The notes beneath the pieces are model-generated. The model did no database searches. It saw only the letters and a program-made list of their open reading frames with translations, and was not told the DNA's origin. The translations under genes were made by a program, and so were the position numbers. A stretch of DNA of 64,000 nt from Thermoplasmata archaeon (GTDB lineage: Archaea; Thermoplasmatota; E2; JACPAO01; JAHFTW01), in assembly GCA_023269235.1 (NCBI GenBank), contig JAHFTW010000002.1:119294-183293 (forward strand), written 5' to 3'. Shown piece by piece: positions 55,885-64,000 of the stretch. Within the stretch, counting starts at the first letter, position 1, and each line of letters begins with the position of its first letter.

Positions 55885-56919
55885 CTATTTGCGGGTTTTG
55901 GGAACTCCCAAGTCCCGAACAAGAGGCGCGACCTCGGTTCCAAGGAGCTCGATGGACCGCCGTAGCCTGGCCTCCGGCATCCCGGCGATGTCCAGAGAAA
56001 CGAGCGTGCGCGAACTCCCGAACCATGTGTGCTGGAGGCGCAGCTTCGCCGCGACCTCACGGGGAGACCCGACGTAGAGCCCGCCGCGCGGGCCGGCCTC
56101 ATAGGCGTACTGTTCATGCGTCACCTCAAACCCTGCCATGCGGTTGCGTAGACCGCGCCTCCACTGCGCCACGTACAGCGGCTCGTGCAGGGCGCGCGCT
56201 TCTGTTCCATCGTCGGCCAAGAATCCCAACCCGGCAACCGCGACAGCCGGCGGCGCGTGCCCGGCCCGCACGGCCGCCGCGCGGTGCATGGCCGCGAAAG
56301 GGATGAACCGCTCCGGCCCGCCCAGGATGGCCAACGCCATCGGCAACCCCATGCGGCCGGCCCGTTCGGCGCTCGACGGCGTGCCGCCGACGCCGACCCA
56401 CACCGGCAGCGCCCCCTCGGCGCGCGGGGCGATCTCGGCCGCGTCGAGCGGGGAACGAAAACGGCCGCGCCACGACACAATGGGGGCGCCGTTGAGTTGT
56501 TGGAACAGTTCCAGGCCTTCGATGAACAGGTCATCCGAGTCGTCGAGGTCGCGCCCGAACAGTTGGAAACTCTCGATGAACGAGGCTCGGCCCATGATGA
56601 GCTCGGCCCGGCCCCCGGAGAGCAGGTCGAGGGTCGCGAAATCCTCGTAGACGCGAACGGGGTCAAGGGTGCCAATCAGGGTGGTCGCGCTCGTGAGGCG
56701 GATGCGTTGCGTCGCCGCGGCGATGGCGGCTAGCACGACGGCGGGGGATGAGATGGCCATGTCCAGGCGGTGGTGCTCCCCTGCCGCGAAGAGGTCGAGT
56801 CCGACCTCGTCGGCAAGGCGGGCCAACCGGACGGTGCGGTCCAGGACTTGGCGCGCGGTCGGAATCTCGCCGTCGGGGCCGGGGCCTTGCATGCCAAACG
56901 TCGAGACGCCCAGTTCCAT
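55885..56919 (-). CDS. LLM-class flavin-dependent oxidoreductase
   Basis: GEHH, DPVRVYEDFATLDLLSGGRAE, VGGTPSS. Confidence 0.92.
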   Translation of the reverse strand: MELGVSTFGMQGPGPDGEIPTARQVLDRTVRLARLADEVGLDLFAAGEHHRLDMAISSPAVVLAAIAAATQRIRLTSATTLIGTLDPVRVYEDFATLDLLSGGRAELIMGRASFIESFQLFGRDLDDSDDLFIEGLELFQQLNGAPIVSWRGRFRSPLDAAEIAPRAEGALPVWVGVGGTPSSAERAGRMGLPMALAILGGPERFIPFAAMHRAAAVRAGHAPPAVAVAGLGFLADDGTEARALHEPLYVAQWRRGLRNRMAGFEVTHEQYAYEAGPRGGLYVGSPREVAAKLRLQHTWFGSSRTLVSLDIAGMPEARLRRSIELLGTEVAPLVRDLGVPKTRK

Positions 56920-57188
56920 CGTGGCGCCGAGGGGCCCCCACGTTCAAAGCGTTCGGCCCCCGGGCAGACCGGCAAGACGAGGGCCAGGAACTGTCCTAAA
57001 ACTCGAGGAGAGAATGCGCCCCCTCCATCGCGCCACGTCTTGCGCCGAGACGATGGATGCGGTCGTCGTGGCCGCTGTGGAATCCGTGCCTTGGGCAGTC
57101 GCTTGCCCGTCCTGCCAGGACCCCGCAAGAGGGGAGCTTTCACTCCCCTCCTGACAACCCACTTGGGCTTCGTGCCGGTGTTTGTCGC

Positions 57189-57689
57189 ATGAACGGACCC
57201 GGCCTCTACAGCATCGGCTACGGCAACCGCACGATGGGCGATTTCCTGGCCCTCCTGGAGGACCACGGCATCGGCACCGTCGTGGACGTGCGCTCCGTCC
57301 CATTCTCCTCATTCCACCCGGAGTTCGCCCGCGACCCGTTGCGCGCCACCCTCCAGGAGAGCGGCGTCGTGTACGCCTGGATGGGCGACACGTTGGGCGG
57401 CCGCTGCGGCGGGGCCGCTCCCTCCAACATTGCGTTCCGTTCCAGCCTGCGTCGCCTCGCGCTCATGGGCACCGACCGCCGCGTTGCGTTCCTGTGCGCC
57501 GAACTGCGCCCGGAGTCCTGCCACCGCGTCCGCATCGTCGGCGCGGCGCTCGAAGAGAACGGCGTCGCCGTTCGCCACATTGACGAGCATGGCCGCCTCC
57601 GCTCTCAGCGCGAGGTCGTGCACCGCCTCACGGGCGGGCAGGTCACGCTAGGCGCGGTGGTGGCGGAGCTGGCGGCTGTGGCGGCCTAG
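57189..57689 (+). CDS. DUF488 family protein
   Basis: YSIGY, VDVRSVP.S, LGGR, LCAE..CHR. Confidence 0.9.
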   Translation: MNGPGLYSIGYGNRTMGDFLALLEDHGIGTVVDVRSVPFSSFHPEFARDPLRATLQESGVVYAWMGDTLGGRCGGAAPSNIAFRSSLRRLALMGTDRRVAFLCAELRPESCHRVRIVGAALEENGVAVRHIDEHGRLRSQREVVHRLTGGQVTLGAVVAELAAVAA

Positions 57690-58024
57690 ACGCCGGGGCG
57701 GCGGCTGGCGAGCGAAGCCAGGTCGTCGTTCCATCCCTTGCGGATCCGAGCGAGCCCTTGTTGGACCGGGAGGGCGGCGACGATCCGCTTGACGCCGTCT
57801 GCCTTGCTCCACACCTCGAGTCGCACGCGGGCTCCTCCGTCTGTGCCTGGGACGACGGTCCATTTGCCGTGGAACCACCAGGCGCCCTCGACCCAGAGGG
57901 CACGCTCGGCATCGTCGTGGTGGACGATGGTGACCCCGTCGCTCTTGGTCTCGGAGGCGAGCTTGGCGAAGACAGCGTCGGGCTCGGACGGGACGTCGCC
58001 CTCGAAGGTCCGCACGAGGCGCAT
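57686..58024 (-). CDS. Hypothetical protein (SRPBCC-like)
   Basis: Short alpha/beta ORF directly after ndk. Confidence 0.55.
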   Translation of the reverse strand: MRLVRTFEGDVPSEPDAVFAKLASETKSDGVTIVHHDDAERALWVEGAWWFHGKWTVVPGTDGGARVRLEVWSKADGVKRIVAALPVQQGLARIRKGWNDDLASLASRRPGV

Positions 58025-58026
58025 GG

Positions 58027-58479
58027 TTACTCGAAGAGGAACTCGTCGCCGGCGCGCTTGTACTGGGCGCCGCCCTTGGGGAACCAGAGGCCAAGCTCGA
58101 AGGCGGCGGTCTCGGCGGAGTCGGAGCCGTGGATGATGTTGCGGCCGATGTGCTGGCCGAAGTCGAAGCGGATCTCGCCGGGCTTGCCCGCGACCGGGTT
58201 CGTGGCGCCCATGAGGGCGCGGCTGACGGCGATGGCGGACTCGCCCTCGACCATCATGGGGACGACGGGGCCGCTCGTCATGTACTTCACGAGGCCGGGG
58301 TAGAAGGGGCGGGCCTTGTGGACCTCGTAGTGCTTCTCGATGGTGGCCGGGTTCGGCATCTCGAGGCGCATCGCCTTGATCTTGAGGCCCTTCTGCTCGA
58401 AGCGCTGCACGATGGCGCCGACGAGGCCGCGCTGGACCGCATCCGGCTTGATCATGACGAAGGTCGTTTCGAGGGCCAT
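58027..58479 (-). CDS. ndk: Nucleoside diphosphate kinase
   Basis: TFVMIKPDAVQRG, HY, GATNP, NIIHGSDS. Confidence 0.97.
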   Translation of the reverse strand: MALETTFVMIKPDAVQRGLVGAIVQRFEQKGLKIKAMRLEMPNPATIEKHYEVHKARPFYPGLVKYMTSGPVVPMMVEGESAIAVSRALMGATNPVAGKPGEIRFDFGQHIGRNIIHGSDSAETAAFELGLWFPKGGAQYKRAGDEFLFE

Positions 58480-58534
58480 GGCGGCGCCGACTTGGGGCCT
58501 CCCTTTGAGGCTTGTGCCGACGCAGGCGATTCGC

Positions 58535-58861
58535 TCAGAAGGAACGGTAGAGGGCGAAATGGCTCCCGGCCCATCCGGCCATGCCGATGACCACGTCGGC
58601 GGCGATGTTGAGCCGGGACTCGTGCTCGAAGATGCCGGCACCATGCCGGACGCGGCGTAATCCCGCCTCGAAGACCTCGTACCCTGCCAAGAGAATCAAC
58701 GCGACCCACCACGGAAATGGAAGAAGACCGAGGCCCAGGCCGGAGGCGGTGTGGACCAAGCTCCACGCATCCAAGGGCCCGACGCCGGGCTTCGGGCGCC
58801 ACCACGGCCGGTCCGGCGCGACCTGGCTGGACGTCCTTTGCGTCGCTGAGGTCTTCACCAC
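58535..58861 (-). CDS. Hypothetical small membrane protein
   Basis: DAWSLVH, YEVFE, ESRLN..D pattern. Confidence 0.6.
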   Translation of the reverse strand: MVKTSATQRTSSQVAPDRPWWRPKPGVGPLDAWSLVHTASGLGLGLLPFPWWVALILLAGYEVFEAGLRRVRHGAGIFEHESRLNIAADVVIGMAGWAGSHFALYRSF

Positions 58862-58897
58862 GACCGCTAGAAGGGCGCGCCGCGCATCAACGTTCCG

Positions 58898-59170
58898 TCA
58901 CCGGATGACTCGGAACCCGACGGCGCCTTCCCCGGCCTCTTCTCGGCAGTCCAACCGGATGACCACCGCGTCGGGCGGCCCGCGCCGGCACCACTCCTCC
59001 ACGGCCTGCACCGCCGGGCTGAGGCCTTCCAGCACGGCCTCGACGCGCCCGTCCGGAAGGTTGCGCGTCCACCCCGCGACCCCCCGCCGCTCCGCCTCGC
59101 GCCGCAAGGACTCGCGGAACATCACGCCCTGCACTGTGCCGGAGACCCACAGATGGAGCCGAAGGGTCAC
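58898..59170 (-). CDS. acyP: Acylphosphatase
   Basis: SGTVQGVMFR, GWTRNLPDGRVE, GPP. Confidence 0.93.
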   Translation of the reverse strand: MTLRLHLWVSGTVQGVMFRESLRREAERRGVAGWTRNLPDGRVEAVLEGLSPAVQAVEEWCRRGPPDAVVIRLDCREEAGEGAVGFRVIR

Positions 59171-59319
59171 GCGGCGCCGACCGCCCCGGTCCTGATAGGG
59201 CCGACGGAGCCTCCGGTGCTTCGCGTGGCCAGGTCCAACCAACCCGAACCGGTCCACCCTATCCTTGAACACGCTCGGGAATAGCTTGATGCGCAAAGAG
59301 GCGGATGCCAAGGCGCCCT

Positions 59320-60897
59320 ATGGCTGACCTGGCCCGCCCAGCCATCGTGGCGCCCCCCACGCCGCGGCAAGCCGAGGTCCTGACCCCCGCCGCCCTCGAC
59401 CTCCTCGGCGCGCTGCATGCGCGCTTCGAGCCCGACCGCCAACGCTGCCTCGCCGCGCGCTCCGCCGCGCAGGCGCGCTTCGACCGCGGCGAGCTTCCCA
59501 CGTTCCTGGAGGAGACACGCGAGGTGCGCGAGGCGAGCTGGACCGTCCGCCCCGCGCCCGCCGACCTCACCCGCCGCATCGTGGAGATCACCGGCCCCTG
59601 CGACCGCAAGATGATGGTCAACGCCCTCAACTCCGGCGCCGACTGCTTCATGGCGGACCTCGAGGACGCCACGAGCCCAACGTGGACGAACCTGGTCTCC
59701 GGGCAAGCGAACCTGATGGACGCGGTGCGCGGCCGCCTCGAACACACGAGCCCCGAGGGCCGCCGCTACACCGTCGGCGCGACGCCTGCTGTCCTGTTGG
59801 TACGGCCGCGCGGATGGCACTTGCCCGAACCGCATGCGCGCGTCGCAGGCGAACCGATGTCGGGGAGCCTCTTCGATGCCGGCCTGTTCCTCGTCCACAA
59901 CGCCGCGGCCCTCGTCGCCCAAGAAACCGGGCCCTACCTCTACCTCCCGAAACTGGAGAGCCACGACGAGGCCAGCCTGTGGGACGCCGTGCTTGCCTTC
60001 TGCGAAGAACGGCTCGGTCTCCCCGTGGGCACCGTCCGCGTCACCGTCCTCGTCGAGACGCTGCCCGCCGCGTTCCAGATGGAGGAAATCCTGTGGGCGC
60101 TGCGCGGCCGCTGCGTCGCCCTCAACGCGGGCCGCTGGGACTACCTCTTCTCCGCGCTCAAGGTCCACCGCGCCCACCCTGTCGCGTTGCCCGACCGCGA
60201 CCGCGTCACGATGGAGGCGCCGTTCCTGCGCGCCTACGCCCGCCTGCTCGTCGCGACCTGCCACAAGCGCGGCGCCCATGCCCTGGGCGGCATGGCCGCG
60301 TTCCTCCCGAACCGCCGTGACCCTGACGCGACCGTCGCCGCGGTGCGCAAGGTCCGCGAGGACAAGGAGCGCGAAGCGGAGGATGGTTTCGACGGCACCT
60401 GGGTCGCGCACCCCGACCTCGTCCCCGTCGCGCGCGCCGCCTTCGAACGCCGCCTGCGCGGCGCACCCAATCAACTTGAGCGCACCCCGACCGTGGTGCG
60501 CGACGCGGCCGCCCTGCTGGACCTGCGCGTCCCCGGCGCCGCGACCGAGGCGGGCGTCCGCCACAACCTGCGCGCGGCGCTCCTGTACCTCGCGGCCTGG
60601 CTCGACGGCACTGGCGCGGTCGCGCTGGACAACCGCATGGAGGACGCCGCCACCGCCGAGATCTCGCGCACGCAGCTCTGGCATTGGCGCCATCACGCCG
60701 CACGCCTCGCGGACGGTCGCACGGTGGACCCCCCGCTCCTGCTCGCTTGGCTCGAGGACGAAGAGGAGTCAGCACGCATGGCGGGCGCGCCGCACCGCCT
60801 CGCCGACGCGGTGGCCCTGCTGCGCCAGGCCCTCCTCGCCCCAGAGCTTCCCCCCTTCCTCACCCTCCTCGCCCTAGACCAGTTGGAGACCCCATGA
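59320..60897 (+). CDS. aceB: Malate synthase A
   Basis: [46 protein letters not shown]. Confidence 0.96.
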   Translation: MADLARPAIVAPPTPRQAEVLTPAALDLLGALHARFEPDRQRCLAARSAAQARFDRGELPTFLEETREVREASWTVRPAPADLTRRIVEITGPCDRKMMVNALNSGADCFMADLEDATSPTWTNLVSGQANLMDAVRGRLEHTSPEGRRYTVGATPAVLLVRPRGWHLPEPHARVAGEPMSGSLFDAGLFLVHNAAALVAQETGPYLYLPKLESHDEASLWDAVLAFCEERLGLPVGTVRVTVLVETLPAAFQMEEILWALRGRCVALNAGRWDYLFSALKVHRAHPVALPDRDRVTMEAPFLRAYARLLVATCHKRGAHALGGMAAFLPNRRDPDATVAAVRKVREDKEREAEDGFDGTWVAHPDLVPVARAAFERRLRGAPNQLERTPTVVRDAAALLDLRVPGAATEAGVRHNLRAALLYLAAWLDGTGAVALDNRMEDAATAEISRTQLWHWRHHAARLADGRTVDPPLLLAWLEDEEESARMAGAPHRLADAVALLRQALLAPELPPFLTLLALDQLETP

Positions 60898-62228
60898 CCG
60901 ACCTCGCCCCCGAGATGACCAAGCAAGCCGAGCAACTGCGCCGCGACTGGGAGACGAACCCGCGCTGGACCGGCGCCCGCCGCGACCACTCGGCCAACGA
61001 CGTCGTGCGCCTGCGCGGAAGCCTGCAGTTCGACTACCCCGTGGCTCGGCACGGCGCAAAGCGGTTGTGGGACCTCGTCACGAAGGAGCCCTATGTCCCA
61101 GCGCTAGGCGCGGTGACCGGGAACCAGGCCATCCAGATGGCGCGCGCCGGCCTCAAGGCCATCTACCTCTCGGGCTGGCAGGTCGCCGCCGACAACAATC
61201 TCGCCGAGCAGATGTACCCCGACCAGAGCCTATACCCCGCGAACTCGGTGCCTGCCGTCATCCGCCGCATCAACAACTCCTTGCGCCGCGCCGACCAGAT
61301 CGAGTGGTCCGAGGGCAAGCTGACGCGCGACTGGTTCATCCCCATCCTCGCGGACGCGGAGGCCGGCTTCGGGGGCCCGCTCAACGCCTTCGAGCTCATG
61401 AAGGCCATGATCGAAGCGGGCGCCGCCGGCGTCCACTGGGAAGACCAGCTCGCGTCCGAGAAGAAGTGCGGCCACCTCGGCGGCAAGGTCCTCATCCCGA
61501 CGAACCAGCACATCCGCACCCTCAAGGCCGCGCGCCTCGCCGCCGACGTCATGGGCGTCCCGACGCTTATCGTGGCGCGCACCGACGCCCGCGCCGCGAC
61601 ACTCCTGACCTCCGACGTGGACCCCAACGACCACGCCCATGTCACCGGCGAGAAGACCCCCGAAGGCTACCTGCGCGTCAAGCCGGGGCTGGAGCACGCC
61701 ATCGCGCGCAGCAACCTCTACGCGCCCTACGCGGACCTGCTGTGGTGCGAGACCTCCACGCCCGACATGGACGAGGCGCGCGCCTTCGCCGACGCGGTCC
61801 GCCGCAAGCACCCCGGAAAGATGCTGGCGTACAACTGCAGTCCATCGTTCAACTGGAAGAAGCACCTCTCGGACGCGCAGATCGCGCGCTTCCAGGACGA
61901 GCTGGCCGCGATGGGCTACAAGTTCCAGTTTGTGACCCTCGCCGGCTTCCACGCCCTCAACGAGTCCATGTTCGAGCTCGCGCACGGCTACGCGCGCGAG
62001 GGCATGACCGCGTACGTGCGCCTCCAGGAGGCCGAGTTCGCCCTCGAGAAGAAGGGCTACACGGCCACGAAGCACCAGCGCGAGGTGGGCACAGGCTACT
62101 TCGACGAAGTGTACACCGCCATCTCGGGCGGCTTGCACTCCACGAAGGCGATGCACGGCTCGACGGAGAGCGAGCAGTTCCACGTTGACCCGAAGGCCAA
62201 GGTGCCCGCGAAGAACGGCCACGCCTGA
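60894..62228 (+). CDS. aceA: Isocitrate lyase
   Basis: [33 protein letters not shown]. Confidence 0.98.
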   Translation: MTDLAPEMTKQAEQLRRDWETNPRWTGARRDHSANDVVRLRGSLQFDYPVARHGAKRLWDLVTKEPYVPALGAVTGNQAIQMARAGLKAIYLSGWQVAADNNLAEQMYPDQSLYPANSVPAVIRRINNSLRRADQIEWSEGKLTRDWFIPILADAEAGFGGPLNAFELMKAMIEAGAAGVHWEDQLASEKKCGHLGGKVLIPTNQHIRTLKAARLAADVMGVPTLIVARTDARAATLLTSDVDPNDHAHVTGEKTPEGYLRVKPGLEHAIARSNLYAPYADLLWCETSTPDMDEARAFADAVRRKHPGKMLAYNCSPSFNWKKHLSDAQIARFQDELAAMGYKFQFVTLAGFHALNESMFELAHGYAREGMTAYVRLQEAEFALEKKGYTATKHQREVGTGYFDEVYTAISGGLHSTKAMHGSTESEQFHVDPKAKVPAKNGHA

Positions 62229-62231
62229 GCG

Positions 62232-63008
62232 CTAATTCGGCGCGCGGTGGACTTGCCCGACGTGGGCCTGGTCGGTCGGGTAGAGCACCAGTTCCTGGAC
62301 ATTGACGTGCGGCGGGCGGCTGCACGCCCACAGGATGGTGTCGGCGACGTCCTCGGGCCTCAGGGGGCGCGTGTCCGCGTAGACGGCCTTCGCCTTTGCG
62401 GCGTCGCCCTTGTGGCGCACCAGGCTGAACTCGGTCTCCACCATGCCGGGCTCGATGTTCGTCACGCGGATGTTCTTGCCGAGGAGGTCCATGCGCAAGC
62501 CCTCGGTGAGCTTGACGACGGCGGCCTTCGTGGCCGCGTAGACGCCGCCGCCGGGGTAGGTCCAGCGCCCCGCGACGGAGCCCAGGTTGACGATGTGGCC
62601 GGAGCCCTTCTGGAGCATGTGCGGCACGACGGCCCGCGTCATGTACAGGAGGCCCATGACGTTGGTCTGCACCATCGCCTCCCAGTCGTCCAGCTCGCCT
62701 TCCTGGAGCGGGTCGCGGCCTAGGGCGAGGCCGGCGTTGTTGACGAGGATGTCCACGTCGAAGAGGTTCGGATGGTCCACCGTGATGCCCTCGATGTCGG
62801 GGCGGCTGCCCACGTCGAGCACGACGGCGGCGACGTCGCAACCGTACTTGTCCGACCAGGCCTTCGCCTTCTCCTGCAGCAGGTCCTCGCGCCGCCCCAC
62901 GACGATCAGTTCGGCGCAGCCGGCGCGGCAGAACGCCTCCGCGGTGGCGGCGCCGATGCCCGAGGTGGCGCCCGTTACCAGGATGCGCTTGCCGTCGAAG
63001 TCTCCCAT
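62232..63008 (-). CDS. Short-chain dehydrogenase (YdfG-like)
   Basis: TGATSGIG, NNAG, YAATK, EPGMVETEF. Confidence 0.93.
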   Translation of the reverse strand: MGDFDGKRILVTGATSGIGAATAEAFCRAGCAELIVVGRREDLLQEKAKAWSDKYGCDVAAVVLDVGSRPDIEGITVDHPNLFDVDILVNNAGLALGRDPLQEGELDDWEAMVQTNVMGLLYMTRAVVPHMLQKGSGHIVNLGSVAGRWTYPGGGVYAATKAAVVKLTEGLRMDLLGKNIRVTNIEPGMVETEFSLVRHKGDAAKAKAVYADTRPLRPEDVADTILWACSRPPHVNVQELVLYPTDQAHVGQVHRAPN

Positions 63009-63107
63009 GGCCGCGCCGACGCGCGGGGGTTGGAAAACTGCGACGGTCGGTGGCCCGGCCGCGCCTCCCAGGTCGGCTTCATGTGGCAGGAGGGAGTGGC
63101 CGCCGCG

Positions 63108-64000
63108 TTGGGCGTCAAACTGGGGGACCTGTTCCCCGCGCACCCGGTCCCGGCCGGCTGGTACGAGGGCAAGCGCATCGCCGTGGACGGCCACAACGTC
63201 GCGTTCCGCTACCTCACCTCGTTTCGCGGCAAAGACGGCGACGTGCTGCGCAACAAGGAGGGCAAGGCCATCGCCCACCTCGTCGGGTTCGTCAACCTCG
63301 TGCGGCACCTGCGCGAGCGCGGCGCGGAACCCATCGTCATCTGGGACGGCGACATCCACCCCAAGAAGCGCGCCACCGTGGAGGAGCGCATCGCCAAACG
63401 CGTCGAGGCCGCCCTCAACGCCCAGGACGCGCTCGAAGCGGGCGACAAGGACGCGTACGCGAAGTACCAGCGCATGACCACGTACCTGGATGGCGCCATG
63501 ATCCGCGACGCCACCTCCGTCCTCGAGGCGCTCGGGGTCGCCGTCGTGCGCGCCCCCCATGACGGGGAGCGCTACGCTGCCGCCTTGTGCCTTGCCGGCC
63601 ACGCCCACGCCGTGGCCACCGAGGACTACGACGCCCTCGTCGCGGGCGCCCCCACCGTCTTGCGCAAGGCGGGCTCGCAAGACCCCTGGCTTCACCACTT
63701 CAGCGATCTCGCCGCGCACGGCCTCACGCAGGAGCAGTTGCGCGCCGTCGCCATCCTGAGCGGCACCGACTGGCACCCCGGTGTCACGGGCTTTGGCGCC
63801 AAGACCGCCGCCAAGCTCGTCAAGGCACACGACCTGCGCTCCCTCCTGCGGGACGCCGACGCTGGGGCGGCGGGCAAGCACGCGGAGCGCTTCCGGGCGG
63901 ACGGCTTCACGCTGGCGCTCTTCGACGAACTCGACATCTACATCCGCGACCTCCCCCCGGCGCACGGGCCCCTCGCCCCCCGCCCCGACCCGGAACGGGC
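63108..64000 (+). CDS. FEN1/XPG-family structure-specific nuclease (3'-partial; absent from the supplied ORF track)
   Basis: TTG start; translated by hand: MGVKLGDL, AVDGHN, WDG, APHDGE, TEDYD, GTDWHPGVTGFGAKTA. Confidence 0.9.
   Translation, partial: MGVKLGDLFPAHPVPAGWYEGKRIAVDGHNVAFRYLTSFRGKDGDVLRNKEGKAIAHLVGFVNLVRHLRERGAEPIVIWDGDIHPKKRATVEERIAKRVEAALNAQDALEAGDKDAYAKYQRMTTYLDGAMIRDATSVLEALGVAVVRAPHDGERYAAALCLAGHAHAVATEDYDALVAGAPTVLRKAGSQDPWLHHFSDLAAHGLTQEQLRAVAILSGTDWHPGVTGFGAKTAAKLVKAHDLRSLLRDADAGAAGKHAERFRADGFTLALFDELDIYIRDLPPAHGPLAPRPDPER

Overview
High-GC (roughly 70% by eye) archaeal chromosome segment, most likely from a Thermoplasmatota-type lineage (inferred from rpl1-rplP0-rpl12, aIF2-gamma, aIF5B, rps6e, tiaS, dph6, archaeal kptA and TATA-type, largely leaderless GTG-start genes). 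It holds about 80 CDS and three tRNAs (Ser-UGA, Cys-GCA, Lys-CUU). Functional blocks: translation and tRNA-modification genes; a complete preQ0 cluster (mptA/folE2, queD, queC, queE) with an embedded TerC gene; ETF plus a FadF-like oxidoreductase; the glyoxylate bypass; heme O/A synthases; and DtxR/FTR1 iron uptake with visible operators. No CRISPR array, integrase or transposase was seen. Most notable observations: (1) four 60-96 bp hairpin-bearing inserts at three loci, each followed directly by a duplicate of the 3' end of the upstream gene or tRNA, three sharing GC(C/G)GAGC-GCC..stem..GGC, a candidate undescribed mini mobile element; (2) a low-GC DUF3883-like + DpnI island behind tRNA-Ser with three GATC sites at 8-bp spacing in its upstream region and none in the next ~1.7 kb; (3) a GT-C/GH99 fusion next to a DPPR-synthase-type UbiA; (4) structured leaders on rpl1 and rps6e; (5) a nitrilase-fold amidase between dph6 and nadE. 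All calls rest on motif recognition by eye; no database searches were run.
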